DNA of 64,000 bases from Octopus vulgaris (taxonomy: Eukaryota), in NCBI GenBank assembly GCA_951406725.2, contig OX597825.1, positions 31,620,001 through 31,684,000 of the forward strand, in the 5' to 3' direction. Below the pieces are notes generated by a model. That model searched no databases. It saw only the letters and a list, made by a program, of their open reading frames with translations, and was not told where the DNA came from. Both the position numbers and the translations under genes were made by a program. This document shows positions 40,190 to 53,581 of this stretch, piece by piece (positions within the stretch are counted from its first letter, which is position 1; every line of letters begins with the position of its first letter).

Positions 40190-43100
40190 AGGAGCTTCTT
40201 TCAGTTTCCCTCAACCAAATCCACTCACAGAGCCTTGATCAGCCCAGGGCCATAGTAAAAGACACTTGTCCAAAGTGCCATGCAGTGGAACTGAAACCAA
40301 AACCATGAGGTTGAGAAGCAAACATATTACCTTGCGGCCAAGTTTGCACCTCTAGTTAACATTTAATGCAATGAGCAGAACCACAAATCCTTATGAAAAA
40401 TCCTCTCAAGATAAATAATGCGATATTCAGTGTTCAGACACAACATCCATGTTAAGTGGAAGATAAAGGTTGCCTTCTGGTATTAATGCTGCTTCTTGGT
40501 GAAGAAAAGACAACATAAACTGATTAACTAATATTTCAATCTATTTGGCAAGTATGGGAAATAACTCCACATGTGTTTTGTGTTTATTAGACCTCCTCAG
40601 TATAGAATATACTTCCCTCCCATTATTCAACAGAGAAGAGCTGAGAGGATCACTGAGTAGAAGTATAATATTGTATATGAATAATTAGCATATCTAAATA
40701 AATAACACATCTCTGGAGTTGATTAATTAAAGTATAATGGTTCACTAAGAATGGTAATGGATCGATAAATAAACAATAAAAGGAAGGAGAGAAAATAATG
40801 AGCTCTATCCCAAACCCCACCAGTATAAAGGGAGGAGGTGAACTTACAGAGGGCGGAGTTTCCCAGTCAGACTTCACAATAGTTACAATGGTGTCTATTA
40901 ATGTCCACAAACATGCTGGGGTGAAAGGTATGTAGTTATCCATGACTAGAGACACAAACTGCTTCACCTCCATGTTCAACAACGATTGTTCATCAGGACT
41001 TGGAGGCTGCATTGAAATATGACAGAAAAGAAAATACGTTTTAATGCCAGAAAAGTGTTATGAATACAGTAAAGTAGAATATAATTTGAACTCTTAAGGA
41101 TTACTAAACTTTCAAAAGAATGAGAAATATTTTTTTTTTTTGGGAATAGAGAATCTTGAAGCACATGAAACTATGAATAACAGCATGTATATATTGAGTT
41201 GAAAAAACTTTTGGGGCAGAAAAAGTCAAAGGCTTTCCATCCAAAATGGTTTTCCAACCCAATATTTACAGGTCATTATTTATAGTTTCATATGCTTCAA
41301 GATTCACTGTTCCAAATAATACTTTGATTTAACAGAAATATTGCAGCACGGATCTTTGTCAGTGAACAGGTCGTGGTCTTAAAGCGACGAAAATATTTTG
41401 ACAAATTAAACTTAAATGTTGAAGTGAATCGAACGGCTTTTGTGTGTTTCTTAAATGGCTTACAAACACCTTCCACGCTGCAATGGTTTTCGTTTCAGCA
41501 CACAATCTCAGATCAAATCACTTGCTATGCAGGTACATCTCCGTAATACAGAAATATTGCATTCATGAAAATCTCTCTAAAACATGGCCATGCATAATAT
41601 GAAACATTTGTTTTTCCCCCATTGACATCCATGTTGCAAGGAGGTCAGAGATAAATAGGTTTCATGTTATGAAGCTACATGTTACAGAAAGATTTTCAGA
41701 AATGCAACACTTTTGCAACACAGAGATTCCTGTAATTTAAGTAGATTAAACAGACATTTAAGTAGAGTCAACAAAATCCTAAACATTACAGTTTACTGAG
41801 ATGACAAGGGGTGCCACAGTACAACAAAACTGGAAAGCTGGTCTTTTAAATATTGTCTCTTGTGTTATAGCAAAGTCTGGGTTAAGATATTTAACATTTG
41901 CATGAGTGAGAAAAAGAGGTAGAGGGAGAGCGAGAGAGCAAGAGAGACAGACAGGCAGAGAGAGAAGGAGAGCTGGAGAAGCAAAAATGTAGAGGCTCTC
42001 CCTTTACCTTATGTTGTTACCATTTTAAATACAAAGCAAAGCTCTATGAGGAAAATTTGGTAACTTCATAAAAATTTCCTGTTTATCTAATGGGGAGTAC
42101 ATATTTTAACCCTTCTGATATAAACCTACCCAGAAATACCCCAGATTCTATTGTACAAAACAGTTTCTTTTAAAGGGTATTTAATAAAATGTAGATGTTC
42201 TATGATTTAATATAAAAAGCTTTTCCTAAGTTAGGTTCTAAACATCATTTAAATTACAAAAAAATTAGTTATTTTACTAAACTCCTCAAAATTTTTGATT
42301 ATTTTCAGAATTTATCAAAACATTAGGTGAGTTACATTGAAAACTATGGTTAGAAAAGGATTAAATATTTCTGGGAGTTACTTACAAGAGATTCCACTGA
42401 GCAATTCAAGCAACAAGAAATTTACTATTTAAACTTTTTGTTACCAACCTGGCTGAAACCAGCTCTGGCTCTGAGTACAAATGTCTTGTTTTCATAAGTT
42501 TTGAATTAAAATCTTCCATCAAACCTTAGTCACAATTTATGCTCTTAACACTAGCTTAATGATAACTAAGTTATTTTACTAAATTATTTGTTACATTTAA
42601 AGTAATTGAAAGAAACAAAGAAAATCTCAAAATAAATACAGTAACGAAAGGGTTGACATCTTTCAACAGTAGCACAACTGAGACCACTCCTAAATCTCCA
42701 AGAAACAGTTCCTATTCTGAAGTGATCTAAATTAAGATATATCTATTTTCATTTATTGAGGGTGTTTGGTTCCAAAAACTGAACCATGTTAAATGAATCA
42801 GTGATAGATGCATAACAGCAGATACAGGAAAAATAGGTTTTATGCCAAGATCTCAATTTGTACTAAGCAGTGTGGATGGTCATTGAGGTGTGCTTTTGCA
42901 GTCCAAGCAGAATCTTTGACTGACTGCCAACCCATGATAAGCATAGCTAGCATTCCGTTGGTTATGACAATAATTGTTCCAGTTGATCCAATTAATGGAA
43001 CGGCCCACTCATAAAATTAAATGTGCAAGTGGCTGATCACCCAACAGACATGCATACTCTTAACGTAGTTCTCCGGAAGGTTCAGCATGAAACGGAATGT

Positions 43101-43556
43101 GACAAGGCTGGGCCCTTTTGAATGACAGATACAACTCGTTTTTGTTAGCAGAGTGGACTGGAGCAATGTGAAATAAAGGGTCTTGCTCAAGGTCACAATG
43201 TACTACCAGATATTGAACTCATTACCTTATGATTATGAGCCAAACATCCCTAACCCTTAAGCCACACTCCTTCACTCATAAGCATAACACAAATCACAAT
43301 TGGTGTACTGTGTTACCCTGGATCAGTGATGAATGAATCAGTTATAAATAAGGTCAGATGTACCAAAGTTTCTAATTAATTTAAGTTCCAAACACCAGCA
43401 GCTTAATTAATGTAGAAATTATTTTACTTAATTCCTCATTATTTTCAAAATTAATTGAAACAAAAGCAATGTATTTCAATAGAAATGTAACAAACAAGCT
43501 AACTCATGTGATGCTCATTTCAAATACATTAAACTGCTTTTGTCTTTTTCTTCTTC

Positions 43557-43603
<47 letters not shown>

Positions 43604-43687
43604 GATTGATTGATTGATTCTAGTTTCAGCTCATGAGCTGTGGCCATGCTGGGGCACCGCCATTTATTATTATTATTATTATTATTA

Positions 43688-43743
<56 letters not shown>

Positions 43744-44689
43744 GGTGGCAGGAAGTTACCTCCAAAACAGAGACCAATCAACTGAATGAACTTCGTTTAA
43801 GACACCTAAGAACTAAGTGATATTGTTAGACAGGGCACCATATTCAAGTCTACCACCCAAGAAATCAGAAGATAAAGGACAAGAACAAACACAGCAAGGA
43901 TATTATCCAGCACTCAAACGATTCCACCAGTCTACTAGACTGGACTGGACTGGATTGGACTGAACTGGACTGGTTCTTATTTTTAGAATGACATTGAAGG
44001 GTAGGTATGAAAGGCTGGACCTGGTCAGTTTGAACATAAAACAAGTAAAATACTTGGGTCGGATATAGATGTTTTAAATGTTAAAAGATTAAGTACATTA
44101 TGTGGATTTGTAGATGATTTCTCTTTAGCTCATCAGTTTGCTCATTTTAGATACATTTTAATTAAGATAGATTTGGCTGTTAGAAATACAGCTCAAACAA
44201 TCATGTAAAAACAGCCTACTGCCTCTTCAGCCCTTGTGGTCCCACAATTTTAAGAGGAATTTGGCTTCCATTATTAGCAGATCGAGGCCTCCACTCCAGC
44301 ACAATTTGCTCTTATTTTGAATATGTTTTATTTAAGAACAATGTTACGGGAAAAATAAAGTGGGAAAACTCCATTGAAAGTCGTTCAATGATAAAATGTG
44401 TCGGAGGTTTATCAGAACTGGTTCCAAACAAGAACAAAATTTTAAATATTAAACAATAAACATCACACCAAAAAGTAATAAAAAAAAGACAACACAAAGG
44501 CAAATGATTAAAATAATTTAGAAAAGAAAGGATAATGAAAGGATAATCAACCTCATCAGTTGAGTGTCTTGAATGTTTAGTTTCCTTTGATTCGAACACA
44601 TTTTGTCTGAAACAAAGCAAAAGGTATAAAATAATAATAATGATAACAATAATGATGATGATGATGATGATGACAATAATAACAATAAC

Positions 44690-44725
<36 letters not shown>

Positions 44726-47700
44726 CAGCTGCAGCTGCAGCAGCAGGCTCGAAGTGATCCAGAAGACAGCATTGTTGGGTACAGCTCATATTCTAAGGAG
44801 ATTATTGTCTCTGAGTTACAGGAGAAGGGACTACTTGATGCCTTTGGTGATTTGTTATTGCCTGCTTTCAAGTAAAGAACAACTGGTAATTAAGAACTAA
44901 CCAAGAGTCTTTCGGAATAATAATAATAATCGTTTCTTACTGTAGGCACAAAGCCAGAAATCTGGGGGAGGGGGCAAGTAGATTACATTGAGCCCAGCAG
45001 CAGCTGTTGTTACTGTTGTTGTTTTTAACACAGGCTCAATGCCAGAAGTTTTGGAGTGAGTGAATTTATCGATTAAATCAACCTCAGTACTTTTATGTCA
45101 ACCGTGGATGGATGATGTAAGGCAAAGCTGCTTTCAGTGGGCTTTGAACTCAGAATGTGAAGAACCAAAAGAAATACCAAGAGGTATTTTGGCCAAACTT
45201 TCTAATGATTCTGCCAATCCACTGCCTTATTAACAACAACAACAATAATAAATTATAATAACATTTTTTTGCTTTGGTTTTGGGTTCAGTTCCACTGCGT
45301 GGCACATTGGGAAAGTCTTATCTACTATAACCCTGGGCCAACCATAGCCTTGTGAGCAGATTTGATAAATGGAAACTGAAAGGAGCCTGTTGTGAGAGTG
45401 TGTGTGTGTGTGTGTGTGTATCTATGTGTGTGTGAGTCTTTGTCTTCATGTTCATCCCCCCCACCACCATTTGACAATAGACGTTGGTTTGTTTATGTTC
45501 CCCATAACTTTAAAGTACCAGACTTTAAAGAATAAGTACTAGCATTGATTCGTTCTAACTAAATCCTTCAAGGTGGTGCCCCAGCATGGTCACAGTCCAA
45601 CGACTGAAACAAGTAAAAGATAAAAGATAAAAAAACAATAAACCATAGTTACTTTGTTGTGATGTGGTGAATTATCCGTGACAGAAGGCAAACAATGTCT
45701 TGATACATATAAGTTGACTCCAGCTGGGCTGTTTTCAAGATGGGGGTTAAATATTTCTTCAAAAGTCCCTGGGAAACAAATATAAACAAAGCAAAATAAA
45801 TCTACAATTTTTGGTAATCTCATTCTAAATATCTCACCAGATTTGCTTTAAATGAGTTAATTTTTGTCATAAATGAGTTAACCCTTTGGTGTTTGGCAAA
45901 GAAATTTGGTTCCCAGCCACATGGTTTTGGGTTCAGTCCCAGTGTACAATACCTTGGGTAGAGTGTCTTTTACTACAGCCTCAAACCAATTCAACCCAAC
46001 CCAAACCTTGTGAGTGGATTTAGTAGATTTTAAACGAATCTTTATTTGGGTTAGCAACAACAGCAACTCTCCAACTTTATTTTTTTCTAAAACTTTCTGC
46101 ATTGTTAAAAGCTTTCCATATTTCATTTTTTATTTATTTTATACATATATATATATGTGTGTGTGTGTGTGTGTATATATCTATTATATAAAATCCATTC
46201 TGTATGTCTTCTAGGATCTCGGGCATCCTTCATCCGATTGCGCTCAAATTTGATCGCATTTTGCTCGTATATATATATATAAAACTACCTCCAGAGAAGG
46301 TAGAACAATTGGCTGGTAGCAATTCATGAGAAGGGAATATAATCTCAAGATTCCTCAAAAGTGATTATATGCCAATAAAGAAAAGACAGACTGATTGTCT
46401 GGAGACAAGAGGGAAGCTGTGGATGCAGGTTTCTGCCAAAAAAAGGCATCATTGCCTCAGAGCACAGCAACTGACCTAATTTGTCTCCAGCAGAACAAGA
46501 TAATTAGACATATACAAAAAAAGAATAAAAGATGTTTATGACCTGTATGTATGTGCACGCACATGTGAGTGTGAGTGTGCATGTTGTATTTATGTGTGCA
46601 GAGTGTTTATTTTCATATGTCATTGAATCGGCAACACCTGTGCAATGCTGATATTATGTTTACGCCTTCCATAAACACTACAGCCAACAGCTCAGCAGTT
46701 TCATTAGTTTTAATGCACGAATAACAGCAGCATAGAAATATCAGAAAGAGTCAACAACTAGAAGAGCATCCAGCATGGATGCAAAAAGCAATGAGCATGA
46801 TAATGCAAGGTAGTGATAAATGGATAATGAATGGAGAAGATCCCTAAACATTGGAGGGAAATGAATTGAGTACAGTTGGTTGCAGGTGTAATGTTAATTT
46901 GTATCAAAGACACATTTGGAAGTGGAATTAAAAAAGAAAAAAAAAACATCTAGAAAGTATATGGAATTGTCTTTGGATTACTTACAGGGCAAAAACACTC
47001 CATTTCTTCCAAACAGCAACAAGCTATACCCCGAAGCTGCAGATTGCTGGTATCATCTACTTTCTTCACAAGAGGCAACAATAAATCTATCAGCATATCA
47101 CAGATATGCAAGTCATTTTTCTGGAAATGGAAATTTTGAAGAAGAATGAATAAATAAATAAATAAATAAATAAACAAACAAACAAACAAACAAAAAACAA
47201 ACAAATAAATAAATAAATAAATAGATAGGTTTTTGCAAAGTTTCATGAGAAATATTATGGTGAAACTAAAAACAAGAAACATTTGATGTGCTTGGGTGTC
47301 TCTTCAATTTCAGCCTTAGCTTAACGAAAGCCTTGTGAGTCGATTTGGCAGATGGAAACTAAAACGGTTTAATAGAATAAATAGCAAACTTTAAAGAATA
47401 AGTACTAAAATCGATTTATTTGATAAGAACATTTAAGGTGATGCCCCAGTATGGTCACAGTGCAATGACTGAAAAAGGTAAAATATGCAAGATCACAGAC
47501 ACCAAAAACACAGCAAGCTGGCAGAATCATTAGCACACCAGACGAATAACATCAATAACATGGCATGATGGGTAATATGGTAAAGTATTTGGTAATATAT
47601 GACTGGTCAATGGCAGGTTATACCTGGCAGCATTCATGGCACGGACATCAGCATCAGTCATACCTGATGAAGGGCTGCTGTTGCAGCTACTTCCAGTAGA

Positions 47701-48291
47701 GGTTGGAGGTCGTCCAAGAGAAATGTTTGGCATGGAAGGCGATGTATACAAACTTATATCTGCTCCTTGTTGAACAATACTGCTTTTATATATCTGGAAA
47801 GGATAGGAATCATTATCCTCTTTTGATTGTCTATGCTCTAAGTTCAAGTTCCACTGGAGGCAACTTTGCCTTTCACATTTTCAGAGTTGATAATATAAGT
47901 ATTAGTTGGGCACTGGGGTTGATGTCATTGACTTCTCAACTCCTCAAAAATTGCTTGCCTTGTACCAAAATATGAAATGGATTATTATAACCACCAATAT
48001 CTTAATGAAACTGTTGCTATGGAAATGCAAACATCAACATATTTCTGTTGCAATTCATTGTTCTCATAACTGATTTTGCTTTTTTTATACAACCTATAAT
48101 TCATCCAATATATATCTAAATTGTGTTTCTCATGGAGGGGCACACACTCTATTTGATGGGGCATGGCAATAGTTGGTAGGGGCATACATTAACTTCAGAA
48201 TAATGTAAATATGTAACAAGGGAATAAAGTTTGTAATAAAATTCTAAGTAAAACTCATTTTAAATCATCATCATCATCACATATGTATGTG

Positions 48292-48352
<61 letters not shown>

Positions 48353-48353
48353 G

Positions 48354-48400
<47 letters not shown>

Positions 48401-51400
48401 ATGTCCTCGTTTATTGTCTGTCTTTCGATGCAGGCATGGGTTGGATAGTTTGACAGTAGCCAACCAGACAGAAGACTACACCAGGCTACTGTGTGTGTTT
48501 TAGCAGGGATTCTATCACCAGATGCCCTTCCTAACACCAACAGCCCTACAGAGTGGGCTGCGTGCTTTTTACATGGCACCAGTACTGGCAGGGTCACCAA
48601 GTGACTTGCAAGAAAAGGAAAATTGAAAGGAGAGGGGGCATTAGAGGAGGGTATCTTGTATCAGATGAGCTAAGGTTAAAGTGAGGCAGAGAGGTAGAGG
48701 TATCTTGCTATAGACAAGGTACATGGGTACCTGGCCAGAGAGACAGACAGAGAGAGAGAGAGTGGTAACAAGAAAGAGGACAGAAACAGGTGTACTGCTG
48801 TAAAGAAGACACTTGGTTACCTAGCCAGAGGGAAAACCAAAAGAAGGAGAGAGAGAGAGAGTAATGAAGAATGAGGGCAGAAACAGGTGTTATACCTATC
48901 ATATATGCCACATTGTAATTTTGTCCATTTATGGTGGGGGTGGGTAGATATCTTTTTGGAAAATCAAAGTGGAGCATGTGACAAAAATGTTTGAGAAATA
49001 CAAGTTTAAATAGAATGGCTGGGGAGAGAAAGAATTAGCCAGGAATGCTTTTTGCACAAAAAAGAACGTCATCATGATCATCATCATTTAACATCCGGTT
49101 TCCATGCTGGCATGGGTTGGACGGTTTGACTGAAAACTAGTAAGCCAGGGGGCTGCACCAGGTTCTGATCTGATTTGGCAAGGTTTCTATAGCTGGATGC
49201 TCTTCCTAACACCAACCACTCTGAGAGTAGAGTGGGTGTATTTTTTACGTGCCAACAGCAAGAGTGCCTTTGACCTGACACTGACATGAACCACGACTAA
49301 GGTCTCACTTGGCTTCACAGGTCTACAACGTTATGTCATAAAATGCTTAACAAAGTTTTTCCACACACCATACACCATCATCAGTGATGTTTCCTATGGT
49401 CATCAGGTGTTTCAGGTCTTTCAACATCAGATACCCACACATCCTCACCTTTTCAGTGACCTAGAGGTATCCAGTTAGCACTACTCCTTCCAGGGCTGGC
49501 TACCTCTGACTCACAGCCACTCTGAGGTAACCTCTACAGCCTCCACAGTCAATTTGATGACCTTCTGCCAACTGACCCCACCCCAACCCAGTCAATTACA
49601 TTCGTGACAAGGAGAGAAAACTGCTAATTTAATGATTTTTTTTGTTGTTGTTTACGAAATGTAAGGGAGATAACTCTATAATTTATTCTATTGTGTCTGG
49701 GGAGTCATTTTCTTTTTATGCCTTACGTAACACACTCACCGGTAAAATTTCCACGGTTTTCTGTTACATAATAAGGCACAAAAAGAAAATGACTCTCCCC
49801 AGACACAACAGAATATGCTTCAACACATGAACTCATATAAAGAATCTTGCAAACCAAATCCAAAAACGAAATCTAAAATTTATATTAACTTTCTAAAAAT
49901 AAAATTTGAAAAAGAATATTTTTACTTAAATTTTTCTTCTATTTCTTCTTTTCATTTTCTTTTTCTATTTCATTTAGTAATTGATAAACAAGTATGAGCT
50001 TCCTAGCTTCAGTAATTTCTGATATAACAAACAAGACATTTAGAAAACTGATCAAGCAAAGTAACAAAAAATGGAAAGGCTTGGTTGCATATATCTGATG
50101 GAAGGAAGAATGAAGGAAGAATGCAAACAACAAAGAGATTATTGATAGAACAAATGCTTTGAGATATTATTTCCAAAGTGCTGGGTGTTGTCCTTTTTGG
50201 TGAAAAATTGCTCGTCAGAATATAATTTGTATGCTAAGTTAAGTTAAGTTGATTTTTTGGCTCAAAAATCAAAAAGCAAGGCCATGTAGGGGGACATGGA
50301 GTTATGTACAGGGTGGTGTTCATGCAAAGAGTTCAGGCCATTTGTGGTCAAGGGAGACTTTGAACCGAGCGGTCGTCAGCATCTTCACTATCTCGTCCGG
50401 CAGCTTATTCCACGGATCCGCAACCCGGACGGAGAAAGCTCCTCTCCTTCGATTGAGATGAAATCGTCACAGATAGAGCTTTTCGGAGTGACCCCGCAGC
50501 CGATGTTAGTTGGGTGTCCCCATCAATGATCTCAGTGCTTGCATAAAACAACAGATGATTCTACCAATCACCATCATCATCATCAATCATCATTGTCATT
50601 AATCATCATCATCATCATCATCATCGTCCTTGCAATTGTCACAAGGTCAGCAATTTTAGGGGAAGGAGATTAGTCAATTACATCAACACCAATACATGAA
50701 TGTATTTTATTATATTGAGTCCTGAAAGGTAAAGGTGACCCTGGTAGGATTTGAACTCAAAATGTAAAGAGTTAGAAACAGTTTTTATTAAGCACAAGGG
50801 CCGACAAACAGACAATACTTACCACCAGGTTAAACTGCAGCGTTAAGGATGTTGCTGTTATGATAAGCTGTGAAAGAAAACTGGATTTCGGAACTTGATT
50901 AAGATATTGACTGCAGATATCCACCAAAGACGTGATAATTTGATCCACACTGAAATACAAGAGAGAAAGAGAGAGAGAGAAAGATTGATATCAAACTGTA
51001 AATTTCAATTTTATGATGTTACATAACACTACAGAGAGCCTGCCTTGATAATTTAAGCTGCCCACTTGAACACAGGTGAATGATAATCCTCATTATCGTT
51101 TACTAAGCTCTACCTTTTCATGCTTGCATGGGGTAGACAAGGTTTACTGAGGCTGATTTTCTATGGCTAGATGCTCTTTCAGTCACCAAGCCTCACCTGT
51201 TTCCATGCAAGATAATATTTTCTCACGGGCTGGACATATTTTTACAAAAGATGATGTCATTGCTTGTATAACAGTGACACCGTGAAGGCATGTGGCTTAG
51301 TGGTTAGGGCATTCGGCTCATGATTGTAAGGTCATGAGTTCAATTCCCGGCGATATGTTGTTTCCTTGAGCAAGACACTTTATTTCACGTTGCTCCAGTC

Positions 51401-51726
51401 CACTCTACTGGCAAAAATGAGAAGTACCTGTATTTCGAAAGGGCCAGCCTTGTCACACTCTGTGTGATGCTGAATCTCCCTGAGAACTACATTAGGTGTA
51501 CACGTGTCTGTGGATTGCTCAGTCACTTGCACGTTAATTTCACGAGCAAGCTGTTCCGTTGATTGTATCAGCTGGGGCCCTCGTCGTCGTAACCGACAGA
51601 GTGCTCCTTTTTTTTTTTAACAGTGACACCTCTTTACAACTATTGTGCAATGTTAAAACAAGGACACGAACACACAAGCACAAGGATGCGGACACACAAG
51701 CACATGTACACACACACACTCATACA

Positions 51727-51765
<39 letters not shown>

Positions 51766-52578
51766 ATACACTCACACTCACACACACACACAATTGGCTT
51801 CTTTCAGTTTCCATCTACCAAATCCACACAAAAGGCTTTGGTCAGCATGGAGCTGTAGTAGAAGACACTTGTCCAAAGTGCCACACAATGGGACCGAACT
51901 GGAAACCCTGTGACTGGGAAGCAAATGATTAAATACTGATATACAGAGAATAATTCTAAAATTTTCTAAGCCAAAAATAAAAGTTTCACCTGGATAATTC
52001 CAATCCAAGTCCTCCATATTCTTGAAGTAAAGTTAGCAACTGTATTTTCTCTTTTTCATCCACATTATCTTCGTATAAAATCTAAGACAGAAACAAAAAT
52101 TGAATTTAAAATTTATAAAAAGGAAAACATGAGAAAACTAAAATCTGGGGATCATAAAGACCTGCAAACAAGCTATAATCAACATTTCTGACAATAATTT
52201 TGAGAGCTGGTAAAATCTTTGCTAAATTCCTCGTGAACTTTGGCCTTTCAACCTTTCAGGGTCGATATAAAAAGTACCAGCTGAAGTCGATGTAACTGAC
52301 TATACCCCTGCCCCAATTTTTAAACCTTGTGCCTTGAAGGATTATTATAGTCTTTACTCTTTACTCTTTTACTTGTTTCAGTTGTTTGACTGTGGCCATG
52401 CTGGAACACCGCCTTTAGTCAAGCAAATCTACCCCAGGACTTATTCTTTGTAAGCCTAGTACTTATTCTATCGGTCTCTTTTGTCGAACAGCTAAGTTAC
52501 AGGGACGTAAACACACCAGCATCGGTTGTCAAGCAATGTTGGGGGGACAAACACAGACACACAAATGTATACACACAC

Positions 52579-52621
<43 letters not shown>

Positions 52622-52808
52622 TATGATGGGCTTCTTTCAGTTTCCGTCTACCAAATCCACTCACAAGGTTTTGGTCGGCCCGAGGCTATAGTAGAAGACA
52701 CCTGCCCAAGGTGCCACGCAGTGGGACTGAACCCAGAACCATGTGATTCGTAAGCAAGCTACTTACCATACAGCCACCCCTACACCTAAATTATCATTAT
52801 TATTATTG

Positions 52809-52851
<43 letters not shown>

Positions 52852-53308
52852 CATTATAGTATTGGACTTCATATGAGACACACTATTCTGCTTTATAGAA
52901 TTGCATTAATAATACTAATAACATTAGTATTTGTGAGTGCCAATGTTGAAAGGAGTGAGTTGTTTCTAACCAGTGATACCTAGTCCAGTCCACTAATTAA
53001 GACTTAAATTTTTTAACTACAGAGGTTATGTAATGCACAAGTGACAATATATTAAAACTAGCAATCTCACAGCCCAATACACTGCTCACTCGGCCATGCT
53101 TGTATGCATTCATATATGCATGTATGGAGGTGTGTACATATATATATACACTGGAGTAAGTACATAAATGTGAAACAAGGTGGAAAAAATGAGTACTCAA
53201 ATACCAGAGGTAGAGTAATATGCGTTATTTAAAAGCAGCAGAAATATAACAATAGATGTTTACATAACCAGGTCAAAAATATTGTTATATTTCTGCTGCT
53301 TTTAAATA

Positions 53309-53349
<41 letters not shown>

Positions 53350-53547
53350 AAAAATAAGCAACAAGAATGAATCCGGTAATTTAGTACAATTGTTTCATAC
53401 TACAACATTTTATAAATTACCGGATTCATTCTTGTTGCTTATTTTTTTATTATAATCACCCCGCATATTTTTATGGGTAACACCATACAAAATTCTGGTG
53501 CATCTAAATTAAGTACCATATTCATTTGAATCTAAATTGTTGCTGAA

Positions 53548-53581
<34 letters not shown>

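Noticed and set aside
43760-43805. Possible exon [14 protein letters not shown]
   Set aside because: Phase 1->2 does not fit between exons 6 and 7
45590-45823. Supplied ORF frame [12 protein letters not shown]...
   Set aside because: The real exon uses another frame (GLLKKYL...), required by phase and by the PGLL motif
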